A stretch of DNA of 64,000 bases from Octopus sinensis (GCF_006345805.1 NW_021833924.1:29337-93336), one strand, 5' to 3'. Positions 1 to 13,669 are shown, counted from the stretch's first letter. Notes: generated by a model from the sequence alone, not told the origin. A program made the numbers and translations.

Positions 1-39
1 AATCTACTTACCACACAGCCACTCCTGCATCTTTCACTC

Positions 40-78
<39 letters not shown>

Positions 79-203
79 ATATATTATATATATATAATAT
101 ATATATATAATACATACATATATATATGACAAGCTTCTTTCAGTTTTTCGTCTGCCAAATCCACTCACAAGGCTTCGGTCGGCCCGAGGCTATAGTAGAA
201 GAT

Positions 204-660
204 TTGTTGATAACTAGTTTAAAATTCATAATGAGATATTTCCCATACATTTCACAAATTTAAAGTTTTTTAAAAATTTTATAAGGTTTGTAGATAACAA
301 GTTTAAAATTCTTGAAGAAATATTCCTCGCAAATTTCACAAATTCAAGGAATTTCTCCAATGCCAATATTTGTAGATCCCCAGTTTTGAATCTTACTGAA
401 AGACTGTACTAGATACTGCACAGTGATAAGGGTTTTTTTTTTCTCCAAACACGTTTATAGATAACCAGCTTTAAGTTTATAATGAAAGATTTCCCAAATA
501 CTTCACACAGATAAGGACTCTTCTCTAGCATAACTATGTCTATAAATATCTAGTTTCTAATTCTTAGTCAAATATTTTCCACACATTTCACGATGGCAAG
601 ACTTTTTTTCTCCAAATTGACTATATTTGTAGACAACCAGTTTCAAATTCTGAATAAAAT
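204..660 (-). pseudogene. Decayed C2H2 zinc-finger array (about 6 x 84 bp)
   Basis: Degenerate repeats with ~84 bp period (tttgtagataaccagttt-like at 204, 288, 369, 453, 539, 627). Minus strand gives GEKK..CHREMCGKYL, KKPYHCAV, GEIP*ICEICEEYF with stops and frameshifts. Confidence 0.6.
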
Positions 661-831
661 TTTGCCTAGGTGCAGGAGTGGCTGTGTGGTAAGTAGATTG
701 TTTACCAACCCCATGGTCCTGGGTTCAGTCCCACTGCGTGGCACCTTGGGCAAGTGTCTTCTAATATAGCCTTGGGCCGACCGAAGCCTTGTGAGTGGAT
801 TTGGTAGACGGAAACTGAAAGAAGCCTGTCG

Positions 832-863
<32 letters not shown>

Positions 864-1174
864 GCCGAAGCCAGTGCCGCCTTGACTGGCTCCCATAAAA
901 TGCACCAATCCGACCGTGGCCGATGCCAGCCTCGCCTGGCACCAGTGCAGGTGGCACGTAAAAAGCACCCACTACACTTACGGAGTTGTTGGCGTTAGGA
1001 AGGGCATCCAGTTGTAGAAACTTTGCCAGATAAGACCGGAGCCTGGTGCAGCCTTCTGGCTTCCCAGATCCCCGGTTGTACCGTCCAACCCATGCTAGCA
1101 TGGATGGTACTAAAGTTAGATGCACCAGAATTTTGTATGGTGTTATCTATATAAATCCATGAAGTGACTATAAT

Positions 1175-1372
1175 CAAAATAAGCAACAAGAATATCTTCA
1201 GTAATTTGGTACGATCGTTTCACGCTACATCATTTTATTAAACATTGTAAGTATTACAAGTTTTAAAATGTTGAGCAATCATCAGCCATTTATAGAGGTT
1301 TCCCATTAATAAAATGATGTAGCGTGAAACGATCGTACCAAATTACCGAAGATATTCTTGTTGCTTATTTTG
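1175..1372. mobile_element. Fold-back element (66-bp arms, 66-bp spacer), Penelope-like pseudo-LTR fragment
   Basis: Arms 1175-1240 and 1307-1372 are reverse complements with one mismatch; contains a hammerhead-like motif. Confidence 0.6.
1207..1288 (-). ncRNA. Type-I hammerhead ribozyme-like motif with enlarged stem II
   Basis: Minus strand: TGG-CTGATGA-[long stem II]-GAAAC-GATC-GTA-CCA. 3-bp stem I, palindromic stem III, U-U mismatch at the base of stem II. Confidence 0.45.
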
Positions 1373-1379
1373 GATATAT

Positions 1380-1415
<36 letters not shown>

Positions 1416-2264
1416 TGTGTGTCTGTGTTTGTCCCCACCAACATCGCTTGACAACTGATGCTGGTGTGTTTACGTCCCTGTAACTTAGCGGTTCAGCAAA
1501 AGAGACCGATAGAATAAAGTACTAGGCTTACAAAGAATAAGTCCTGGGGGCGCGATTTGCTCGACTAAACGCGGTGCTCCAGCATGGCCGCGGTCAAGTG
1601 ACTGAAACAAGTAAAAGAGTAATCAATCATGGATTATCTCATAGCTTCGAATGACATTGAAGGGTTGGTACAAGGGACCAGACCTGGCCATTTTAAATCC
1701 TAAAAGGATATATTTATATTAAGGTATATATGTTCTTGATAAACTCCAGAAGTTGCTTTTTCTCCACTCACCAAAGTGAATGTGGAGGCACGTGGCGTAG
1801 TGGTTATAGAGTGTCAGCATCATGATCGTAAAATTGTGGTTTCGATTCCTAGACCGGGCGACGCGTTGTGTTCTTGAGCAAAACACACACATCGCCCAGT
1901 CTGAGATTCGAACCCGCAATTCCTCGACCATGAGCTCACTGCTCTAACCACTAGGCCATGTGCCTCCACTAATAATAAATGCACCCTTTTAAAGCCTAGC
2001 CAGGCTCATGGGCCTGGTTTCATGGTTTCTATGGCGTATGTGTTCCCCAGCTGGACGGGACACCAGTCCATCGCAGCGTTACTCATTTTTGCCAGCTGAG
2101 TGGACTGGAGCAACGTGAAATGAAGTGTCTTGCTCAAGAACACAACACGTCGCCCGGTCCAGGAATCGAAACCACAATCTTACGATCATGATGCTGACAC
2201 TCTAACCACTGAGCCACGCACCTCCACAGTCACAGCTTTCTCTCACTCTTTCTCCTGCATCTTG

Positions 2265-2861
2265 TGGAGGAACATGGCCTAGTGGTTAGAGCAGCGGACT
2301 CGCGTCGAGAGATCGCAGGTTCGAATCTCAGACCGGGTAATGTGTGTGTTTATGAGTGAAAACACCTAAGCTCCATGCGGTTCTGACAGAAGGTAATGGT
2401 GAACTTCTGCTGACTCTTTTGCCACAACTTTCTCTCACTCTCTCACTCTTTCCTCTTGCATCTTGCAGCTCACCTGTGATGGACCGGCGTCCCGTCCAGG
2501 TGGGGAACCTATACGCCAAGAAACCGGGAAACCGGCCCTTATGAGCCCGAGTTGGCTTTAAAAGGGTGCATTTATTTGTGGAGGCACATGGCCTAGTGGT
2601 TAGAGAAGCGGACTTGCGGTCAAGGGATCGCAGGTTCGAATCTCAGACCGGGTGTTGTGTGTGTTTATGAGCGAAACACCTAAGCCCCATGTGGCTCCGG
2701 CAGAAGGTAATGGCGAACTTCTGCTGACTCTTTCGCCACAACTTTCTCTCACTCTTTCCTCCTGCATCTTGCAGCTCACCTGTGACGGACCGGCGTCCCA
2801 TCCAGGTGGGGAACCTATACGCCAAGAAACCAGGAAACCGGCCCTTATGAGCCAGGCATGG
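2265..2861 (+). mobile_element. Two tandem tRNA-derived SINE copies
   Basis: A box TGGCCTAGTGG and B box GGTTCGAATC in each head; shared body. The second copy is interrupted by the RTE LINE. Confidence 0.8.
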
Positions 2862-4238
2862 AAAAGATTTTCTAACTAGAAAGGGTATGGCCTGGTCAGC
2901 CTGTAATAACATGCATAAGATCTGGTCATCAAATCTAAGTAGAGACTTCAAACTTGAAATCTTCAAAGCCACAGTCAAACCAATTCTACTATATGGCTCA
3001 GAAACCTGGACATTATCAAAGAAGCTTGAGAGGCAGTTGGATGGAACCTACACTCGCCTCCTTATGAGAGCTCAAAATCTCTCATAAAAGCGTCATCCAA
3101 CCAAAGTACAAATATATGGGAAACTACCACCTATATCATCTCTTGTGAAAGGTAGAAGAGTCCAGTTTGCTGGACATTGTTGTAGAGCTGAAAACAAGGT
3201 AATTTCTACTCTTCTCCTCTGGAAGCCATCTACTTGCAATACCAGAGGGCACACACTCTCCTACCCTCATGTAATCTCCAGGGATACAGGTATCAAGCAA
3301 CAGGACCTCCGTAATGCCATGATGGACCGTGAAGTCTGGCGTAGCATGGTAAATTCCATTGTCTCGACCACGGTTGTGATACCAGAGGGCGCACGCTCTC
3401 CTACCCTGATGTAATATCCAGGGATATAGGCATCCAGCAACAGGACCTCCATAATGCCATGATGGACCATGAAGTCTGGTGTAGCATGGTAAATTCCATA
3501 TTCTCGACCACGGTCGCGATACCAGAGGGTGCACACTCTCCTACCCTGATCTAATCTCCAGGGATACAGGCATCCAGCAACAGGACCTCCGTAATGCTAT
3601 GATGGACCATGAAGTCTGTGTAGCATGGTAAATTAAATTCCATTCTCTCGACACGGTCGCGATACCAGAGGGTGCACACTCTCCTACCCTGATCTAATCT
3701 CCAGGGATAACGGCATCCAGCAACAGGACCTCCGTAATGCTATGATGGACCATGAAGTCTGGTGTAGCATGGTAAATTCCATATTCTCGACCACGGTCGC
3801 GATACCAGAGGGTGCACACTCTCCTACCCTGATCTAATCTCCAGGGATACAGGCATCCAGCAACAGGACCTCCGTAATGCTATGATGGACCATGAAGTCT
3901 GGTGTAGCATGGTAAATTCCATATTCTCGACCACGGTCGCGATACCAGAGGGTGCACACTCTCCTACCCTGATCTAATCTCCAGGGATACAGGCATCCAG
4001 CAACAGGACCTCCGTAATGCTATGATGGACCATGAAGTCTGGTGTAGCATGGTAAATTCCATATTCTCGACCACGGTCGCGATACCAGAGGGTGCACACT
4101 CTCCTACCCTGATCTAATCTCCAGGGATACAGGCATCCAGCAACAGGACCTCCGTAATGCCATGATGGACCGTGAAGTCTGGCGTAGCATGGTAAATTCC
4201 ATTGTTTCGACCTCAGTGGAACAATGATGATGATGATG
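2862..4238 (+). mobile_element. 5'-truncated RTE-clade LINE (end of RT ORF, amplified 3' end, (ATG)n tail)
   Basis: AWSACNNMHKIWSSNLSRDFKLEIFKATVKPILLYGSETWTL...RRVQFAGHC...DREVWRSMV is typical of the RTE C-terminus; internal stop; tail atgatgatgatgatg at 4224-4238. Confidence 0.85.
3238..4220 (+). repeat. 7 x 140-bp tandem repeat of the RTE 3' end
   Basis: Unit starts at about 3238, 3378, 3518, 3661, 3801, 3941 and 4081. Confidence 0.9.
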
Positions 4239-4546
4239 GCTCGAGAAGGAACAAAGTGAATGGAACTTTGTCCAAGCGGAACCGATGTCATCAGACCGTA
4301 TCCAATTATAACCAGGTGTTTCAACTCTGGACCGTAACACCTTCCCACTAGCATTTGGATTTCTCTCTCAAATCTAATCCTTCTTTATTTGCATTGTTTT
4401 CAATTAACCACGGATTATCTCATAGCTTTGGGATTTCAATATTTTTCAGAATGACATTGTAGGGTAGGTGTGAAAGGCTGGATCTGGTCAGTGTGAACAC
4501 AAACTAGGTAGAGCATTTGGTCCATATATGACCAATTATGACCAAT

Positions 4547-4975
4547 AGGCGCAGGAGTGGCTGTGTGGTAAGTAGCTTGCTAACCAACCACATGGTTCCG
4601 GGTTCAGTCCCACTGCCTGGCATCTTGGGCAAGTGTCTTCTGCTATAGCCCTGGGCCGACCAATGCCTTGTGAGTGGATTTGGTAGACGGAAACTGAAAG
4701 AAGCCCGTCGTATATATGTATATAAACGATGATGATAATGATGATATATATATATATATGTGTGTGTGTGTATCTGTGTTTGTCCCCCTAGCATTGCTTG
4801 GCAACCGATGCTGGTGTGTTTACGTCCCCGTCACTTAGCGGTTCGGCAAAAGAGACCGATAGAATAAGTACTGGGCTTACAAATAATAAGTCCCGGGGTC
4901 GATTTGATCGACTAAAGGCGGTGCTCCAGCATGGCCGCAGTCAAATGACTGAAACAAGTAAAAGAGTAGAAGAGT
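4547..4975 (+). mobile_element. Full-length abundant tRNA-derived SINE (family A) with internal AT/GT microsatellite
   Basis: Head ggcgcaggagtggctgtgtgg (A box) and ggttcagtccc (B box), then accttgggcaagt (CORE-like), tail ...gactgaaacaagtaaaagagta. Further copies at about 660-830, 6300-6790 (-), 22790-23470, 29592-30000, 30450-30835 (-), 59150-59765. Confidence 0.85.
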
Positions 4976-5356
4976 AATTTAAATGTTAAAGCATTAAGAC
5001 AACATCATGGAATTCAGGGGAGGTTTAACTGTTATTTCTAGCATGGTAGGGTCATTCCTTTCCTTTGAGCATTTACTTCACTCTGTCGACTGTAATCCTT
5101 ATCTAATCAAATTGTTTTGAATTAATCCTGGATTATCTCATAGTTTTGGGGGTTTCAATGATGGGATTCGTTATTTTTAGGAGGACATTGTAGGGTAGGT
5201 GTAAGAGGAGTGATCAAACCAGTTTGAACGTATTAAAGCCGAAGCTGGTCAGGACTTTGTTCTGACCAATATTGCCCTACGGATGGGAAAATGGGAAAGT
5301 ATTCATCATCATCATCACCACCACCACCTTGTGAGTGGAAACTGAACGAAGCCCAT

Positions 5357-5399
<43 letters not shown>

Positions 5400-5515
5400 A
5401 TATATATATACATATATATATATAATATATACATATATATATATATATACATATATATACATATATATGTAAATATATATATATATATATTGTGTGTGTG
5501 TGTGTGTATATATAC

Positions 5516-5546
<31 letters not shown>

Positions 5547-5979
5547 CATATATATGCATATATGTATATACATTTATATATAGCATATATATACATATAT
5601 ATATGCATATATATATACATATATACATATATATATATGCATATATGTATATATATACATATCTCATATATATATATATATATATATATATTACATATAT
5701 ATATATATATATGTATGTTGTATTAGTGTGTCTGTGTTTGTCCCCCAACATCGCTTGACAACTGATGTTGGTGTGTTCATATCCCTCTAACTCAGTGGTT
5801 CGGCAAAAAGAGACCGATAGAATAAGTACTGGGCTTACAAAGAATAAGTCCCGGGGTCAATTTGTTCGACTAAAGGCGGTGCTCCAGCAAGGCCACAGTC
5901 AAATGACTGAAACAAATAAAAGAATAAAAGAATATATACACACACACACACATATATATATATAATGATAAGCATATTA

Positions 5980-6043
5980 AAAGGGGTCTGTGGGAATGAA
6001 CTCATTTAAATAAAAGGGGTCCTCAGTAGGTTGAGAACCACTG
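5980..6043. mobile_element. hAT/Charlie-type MITE terminal fragment
   Basis: Ends ggggtcc..aggttgagaaccactg, the typical reverse complement of the CAGTGGTTCTCAA TIR; partner TIR not found. Confidence 0.4.
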
Positions 6044-7772
6044 TTTCATATTTTTGTAGGGGACAAATTTATTATTCTTAAACAAGAATACTGTTGATAG
6101 TAACTTCGAAGTTTTGGCTAGCTAAGCCATCATCAAACACACATACACACATATATATATATATACGATGGGCTTCTTTCAGTTTCTACTATTACAACTA
6201 CTACTACTACTAACACCACCACCACCGTCACTACTACTACTACTACTACTACTATCACTACAAATCCACTCACAAGGCTTTGGTTGGGCTCTCTCTTTTA
6301 CTCTTTACTCTTTTACTTGTTTCAGTCATTTTGACTGCGGCCATGCTGGAGCACCGCCTTTAGTCGAGCGAATCGACCCCGGGACTTATTCTTTGTAAGC
6401 CCAGTACTTATTCTATCGGTCTCTTTTGCCGAACCGCTAGGTGACGGGGACGTAACACACACCAGCATCGTTGTCAAGCAATGCTAGGGACAAACACAGA
6501 CACAAACAAACACACACCACACACACACACACATATATATATACATATATATTATATATATAACGAGAGGCTTCTTTCAGTTTCTGTCTACCAAATCCAC
6601 TCACAAGACATTGGTCGGCCCGGGGGCTATAGCAGAAGACACTTGCCCAAGATGCCATGCAGTGGGACTGAACCCGGAACCATGTGGTTGGTAAACAAGC
6701 TACTTACCACACAGCCACTCCTGCGCCTGTGCAAGGTGCCACGCAGTGGGACTGAACCCAGAACCATGTGGTTGGTAAACAAGCTACTTACCACACACCC
6801 ATGATTGCACCTATATATACGTTATATATATGTGTGTGTGTTTGTGTGTGTATGTATATATATTTGTGTGTATATATATATACGTATATATATATGTATA
6901 TAAATATATGTATATATATATGTGTATATATATGTGTGTGTGTGTATATATATATGTATATATTTGCGTGTATATGTATATATATGTGTGTGTGTCTGTA
7001 TGTGTGTATATGTGTGTCTGTCTCTCTCTCTCTATATGTGTGTGTGTGTGTATATATATATGTATATATGTGTGTATATATATGTGTGTGTGTGTATATA
7101 TATGTTTATATATGTTCTGTGTATATATATGTATATATGTGTATATATATATGTGTGTGTGTTTGTCTCTTTCTCTCTATATGTGTGTGTGTGTATATAT
7201 ATAGTAATTATGTGTGTTTCTATATATATGTGTGTGTGTATATATATGTGTTTATATATGTTTCTGTGTATATATATGTATATATGTGTATATATATATG
7301 TGTGTGTGTCTGTCTCTTTCTCTCTATATGTGTGTGTGTGTATATATATATGTATATATGTGTGTTTCTATATATATGTGTGTGTGTGTATATATATGTG
7401 TTTATATATGTGTCTGTGTATATATATGTATATATGTGTATATATATATGTGTGTGTGTCTGTCTCTTTCTCTCTACATGTGTGTGTGTGATATATATGT
7501 GTTTATATATGTGTCTGTGTATATATATGTATATATGTGTATATATATATATGTGTGTGTGGTGTATATGTATATGTGTGTATAGATATGTGTGTGTGTG
7601 TGTCTATATATATATATATGTATGTATGTGTGTTGTGTGTATATATGTGTGTGTGTGTGTGGTGTATATATGTGTATTTATGTGGTGTATTTGTATGTGT
7701 GTGCATATATGTATGTATTGTTGGTATTATATATTTATGTATGCATATATATGTAGTAGTGACGTACACATA

Positions 7773-7823
<51 letters not shown>

Positions 7824-8553
7824 ATATATATATGTATGTATATATATATTATATATATATTATATGTATTATCACTATATCATGCTAGCAGCCGCATGTA
7901 GCAATAGAAATAGTAAAATTACTATTATTATTATCATTATTATTATTATTATTATTAGTAGTAGTAGTAGTCGGCATCAAGACCCTCATAAAGCCGTAGT
8001 CTCTTCATCTCTCTCTCTCTCCTCTCTCTCTCGTATTTATTCTCCCTCTTACTGCTGCCGACCAAGCAACCACCTGCATTGCAATTGCTGCCACCACCAC
8101 CACCACAACCACCGCTACTACTACCATTATTGTTACTACTAGCACCTGCACGGCAATTACTATCAATACTACCACCTGCACTTTAATCACTACTACTACT
8201 ACTACTACTACTACCATCACTACTATTACTACTACTAGTACTACTACTGCTGCTGCTACCACTACTACCACTACCACCACCATCACTACTACTACTATCA
8301 TCACTACTACTAAAACCACTACAACTACCACCACCACCATCACTACTACTATCATCAGTACTACTACTACCACTACTACCACCACCATCACTACTACTAC
8401 TACTACTACTACTACAATCACTACTACTACTATCATCACTACTATTACAACTACAACTACCACTACCACCATCACTACTACTACTATTACTACTACTACC
8501 ACCACTACCTCCACCATCACTACTATTACTACTACTACTACTACTACTACCAT

Positions 8554-8597
<44 letters not shown>

Positions 8598-8654
8598 ACC
8601 ATTACTACTACTACTACTACTACTACTACTACCATTACTACTACTACTACTACT

Positions 8655-8925
8655 ACCGTCACCATCTGTTTTAGAAGCCGACGAAGGAAAGTCGGCATAA
8701 TAGAAAAAGAAATAGCAGGCCAATCCGCCCTCAAATCACGCGAAAGGAAGGACACTTCGGATGGTTCTGGTCCTTCGAGAGAGAGAGAGAGAGAAAAAAA
8801 AGGAGAAACAGATGGGATGGTCACACTTGGAAATACCCGTGTTCCGACGAAGGCTTGCTCGATCAGCTCAGCTGAGCTGGGACTGAAACGTCTACCACCA
8901 CCACCACCACCACCACCACTGCTTG
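8655..8925 (+). promoter_or_regulatory. Candidate promoter or first non-coding exon of ANKS1
   Basis: Unique CpG-rich island (about 14 CpG in 270 bp) between two (ACT)n arrays. CCAAT (8720-8724) abuts GC box CCGCCC (8725-8730), followed by a GA tract; about 3 kb upstream of the coding exon. Confidence 0.35.
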
Positions 8926-9045
8926 CGTTACTATACTACCACTACTTCTACTACTACTACTACTATCATCAGTACTACTACTACTACCACTACCACCACC
9001 ATCACTACTACTACTAGTACTACTACCACCACCACCACTACAACA

Positions 9046-9081
<36 letters not shown>

Positions 9082-9119
9082 GCTACTACTACTACTACCA
9101 CTACTACTACTACTATTGC

Positions 9120-9152
<33 letters not shown>

Positions 9153-9199
9153 TACAATTACTACTGCTACTACTACTACAACCACTACTACTACTATTG

Positions 9200-9230
<31 letters not shown>

Positions 9231-9263
9231 CACTACTACTACTACTACAACCACTACAATTAC

Positions 9264-9302
<39 letters not shown>

Positions 9303-9356
9303 AATTACTACTACTACTACTACTACTACTATCACCACCACCACCACCACTACAAT

Positions 9357-9407
<51 letters not shown>

Positions 9408-9467
9408 CACCACTACAATTACTACTACTACTACTACTACTATCACCACCACCACCACCACTACAAT

Positions 9468-9504
<37 letters not shown>

Positions 9505-11555
9505 GCTGCTGCTGCTTATGGGATGCTCAGTGTTACTGTTGTTGTTTAGCCCTAGGTCAGTCTAGGTCTAGATACACCTATGATCATAAAAGATGCTCCA
9601 GCTGTGACCATCTCGTCTTTCATTCAGGCATAGTGTATCTAGGACTACATTGTCTAATGTACAGTATAGTAGTTAGCATTAGTGGCTATAGATGTTATTA
9701 TTTAACCCCAGGTCAGTCCTGATCCAGACAAACCTCAAACCTACGATCAAAGACGTTCTATCTGTGACCATCCCGTTTTTTTTTATATTCAGGCATAGTG
9801 TATCTTGGACTACGTTGTCAATCCGGTGTCTTTCATCCAATCCATCTTTTTGTTTGCTTCTTTAAGTCAATTAAGGAAGGATTCGAGTGATATCTGGCTG
9901 CTCTTTCTAGCAGGTTTTCCCTTGTCGGCTTGTAAAGGGGAAAATGAAAGAAGCCGAAACGAAAAGAGAGAGAGAGAGAAAGAGTAACAGCAGTAAGGGA
10001 GTAATAGGGATAGGCAGAGGAAAGTAGTGATTATTATAGAGAGGTGTTTGAGAGTAAAAGGTGCAGGAGAAAGAGAGGTAAGAGAGGGAGAGGTGCAGTA
10101 GAAAGAATGGTAAGAGTGAAAGAGGGGTGGAAGACAGAGAGAGAGAGAGAGAGAGTAAAGAAGGTAAGGTAGTCACAAGGAGAGGGATGCAGTGGTTGTG
10201 AAAGAGTTGAACCGAGAGGAAGAGGGGTAGTGGGAGTAGAATTATAGATAGGAGAGAAAGAGAGAGAGAGGGGGTGCAGGGGAAGCCGGAGAAAGGGATA
10301 GAGAGGAAGCGGGAGGAGATAAATGCAACAGGGGAGAAAGACAGCAGGACAGAGAGAGAGCGGGAAAAGATAGATGCAACTGAGAGAGAGAAAGAAAGAG
10401 AGAGAGAGGCAACAGGGAAGAAAGACAGCAGGACAGAGAGAGAGAGAGAGAGAAAGATAGATGCAATTGAGAGAGAGAAAGAAAGAGAGAGAGGCAAGGG
10501 AATCTGAGAGAGCAACAAGAGAAAAACGTGAGAAAGGAAGGCAAAGAACGAGAGGGGGAGAGAGCTGCAATAGAGAGAGAGGGAGGGAGGGGAAGGAAAG
10601 CAGTCGTGCGGGAGATAGATGCAACAGAGAGAGAGAGAGAGAGAGAGAGAGGAAGCGGGCGAGTGATAGACGCAACAGAAAGAGAGAGAGAGAGAACAGA
10701 CAAATAGAGGAATCATAGAGGAGAGCAAGAGATGGTGAAAGGCAGAAAGCGGGAAGAGAGGGAGAGAGGGAGAGAGGGGATGCAGTGACGTTATAGAGAG
10801 AGGGGAGCAGAAGGGAAAGAGAGAAGCGGTGGAATTGTATAGAGGGGGACGAAAGAGTGAGAGGAGAGTGTAAGGAAAGGCGATAACAGTCTGTGAGGCT
10901 GGTTGGATACGGACGGTGGTGGAAGGCGGTGAAGCATTAAGAATAGGATAACACACACACACACACACATACATATATATACACACATACGTACACATAT
11001 ATATACGTATATATGTATGTATTTACATAGGGTGTATACAGGGATGTGATGGATATATATACACACTTAAATACGTTGAGCAAAATGAAAGAAAGAAAAA
11101 AAATATAACGTATGTATATTGTAAATATGCATTTATATACACACACACACACTAACACATTTATACACACATACACACACATACATACATACATACATAC
11201 GTACGTAAAGAAGATATATAGCTAAATATTCACTCAATTACACACACATACACACACTTGTATATACATATAAATATGTAAACGTGTGTATATAAGCAAT
11301 CGGAAAACCGTGTTATACATCTATACATGTATGTATGTATGTATGTGAAGATATTACACAATCGTAAAAGAGGAAGAGAGGAAATTTATATACACACGCT
11401 TATATATATACGTGTGTGTGTATATATAGACACGTATGCTATTCATATATGCAACATGATGTATATACATAGGTAAAACGCTTGTGAAAATATCCATCCA
11501 TCTATCTATCTGTCTATCTATCTATCATCTATCTATCTATCTATCTATCTATCTG

Positions 11556-11613
<58 letters not shown>

Positions 11614-11710
11614 CGTCTATCTATCTATCTATCTATCCGTCTATCTATCTATCTATCTATCTATCCGTCTATCTATCTATCTATCTATCCGTCTATCTAT
11701 CTATCTATCC

Positions 11711-11760
<50 letters not shown>

Positions 11761-11880
11761 TCATCCTTTAACCAATCTGTCCCTCTTTCTATCCATATAT
11801 CCATCAATCCTTCAATCCATCCATCCATCCATTCATCCATCCATCTATCCATCCATCTCTCTCTGTCTCTCCATCCGTAG

Positions 11881-11936
11881 ATAATAAATAAAGAGGCAGC
11901 GTGCATCAAAGCGAAAGCGAAAGTAGAAATTGAAAT
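11881..11936 (+). other. 5' UTR part of the ANKS1 exon, downstream of a splice acceptor (implies an upstream non-coding exon)
   Basis: Polypyrimidine tract ctctctctgtctctccatccgtag ends at 11880, immediately before the exon sequence. Confidence 0.6.
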
Positions 11937-12052
11937 ATGGGCAAAGAGAATGAATTATTGGAAGCCGCCAGAACTGGGAATATACAACAAATTGAGCGAC
12001 TTCTCTGCTACAAGTCACGCAAAACCACCGGCCCCTTGAATGCGTTAGCAAG
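11937..12052 (+). CDS. ANKS1: First coding exon of an ANKS1A/ANKS1B (Odin/AIDA-1; ankyrin repeat, SAM and PTB domain protein) orthologue; partial CDS
   Basis: Translates [38 protein letters not shown]+AG. This closely matches the vertebrate ANKS1A/B N-terminus ([15 protein letters not shown] / [15 protein letters not shown] ...LLS). In-frame TAA upstream at 11889-11891. Canonical donor AG|GTGAGC at 12053, phase 2. Too short for the ORF track. Confidence 0.9.
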
Positions 12053-12157
12053 GTGAGCACACTTCCTCTTTCCATTCAGTTTTACACTTTGTCATTCTTG
12101 CTTTCAGCTTTTCCCGTCTTTCCATCTAGGTCTCTATCACTTAGTCTCTCTCTTTCT

Positions 12158-12233
<76 letters not shown>

Positions 12234-12324
12234 CTGTCTGTTTGTCATTATGTGTGTTCATGATTACCTCTGTATCTGTCTGTCTGTCTATCTATATGTA
12301 TCTATCTATCTATCTATCTATCTA

Positions 12325-12356
<32 letters not shown>

Positions 12357-12370
12357 ACTATCTTCCTATC

Positions 12371-12415
<45 letters not shown>

Positions 12416-12419
12416 ATAC

Positions 12420-12451
<32 letters not shown>

Positions 12452-12455
12452 ATAC

Positions 12456-12491
<36 letters not shown>

Positions 12492-12495
12492 ATAC

Positions 12496-12559
<64 letters not shown>

Positions 12560-12614
12560 GCCCCCCTCTCTATCTATCTCTGTCTACATCTTTCTATGTC
12601 TCTATCTACTTAGC

Positions 12615-12645
<31 letters not shown>

Positions 12646-12783
12646 ATGTATGTATGTTGCTATCTTTCTTATATCTACACTAATCGTTCGTTCATTCATG
12701 CGTACGTATACATATGTACGCATAGCCACATATACATGTGTATAATATATGTATGCATTCATATTGCTTCGTTTTGTATGTGT

Positions 12784-12820
<37 letters not shown>

Positions 12821-12967
12821 ATGTAGTGAGAGAGAGAGAGAGAGAGAACGTCTGTCCAATATGAATATATATATAGGTGTCTATATGTTTGAGCCTAGAT
12901 AGATACATAGATATATATATATGTGTGTGTTTGACACATTCATGTTTAGTCTTTGTGTGTATGCGCG

Positions 12968-13013
<46 letters not shown>

Positions 13014-13669
13014 ACACACACACATGCATATTTATATAGGTGTGTGTATGTGTATCTGTACACATACGTTTATACGCACCTATCTACCTGGCCACACACA
13101 CACACACACACACATTCTATATCATAATTCTAACAAACCAAATAGAAAAATTGACTAATTTTCCCCAATTCACCCAACACAAAAAACCCCGCGACACCTT
13201 GTTCCCAATAATAATAATAATAATTATTATTATTATTATTATAATTATAAAAAGTGCCCCTTTTATATTAACCTGTAATTAAACATTTTGGCCGAAACAT
13301 AGCCAAAATTATTATTTCACATCAGAAATATATATAACCTACATTATTAGTAATATTATTAATATTATTATTATTAATGTTAGTATTATACAAATATTGT
13401 ATTATTTTATATGTATGTTTAATAACGTATTATTTAGCGCGGCGCGTGTATATATGTATGTATATAAATGTATGTATGTATTTATGTGTGTATGTATGTA
13501 TGTATGTATGTATGTATTTATGTATGTATGTATGTGTGTGTGATGTATGTATGTATGTGTGTATGTATTTATGTATGTATGTGTGTAAGTATCTATGTAT
13601 GTATGTACGTATGTGTGTGTGTATGTATGTATGTGTGTACGTATGTGTGTATGTATGTGTGTATGTATT

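Noticed and set aside
1785-2320. tRNA-like sequences with A/B boxes
   Set aside because: SINE heads without a full cloverleaf; not tRNA genes.
8923-9549. Thr-rich mucin-like ORF and the other poly-V/S/L ORFs at 8.0-9.6 kb
   Set aside because: Pure (ACT/ACC)n microsatellite, TTG start, open in several frames, no splice support.
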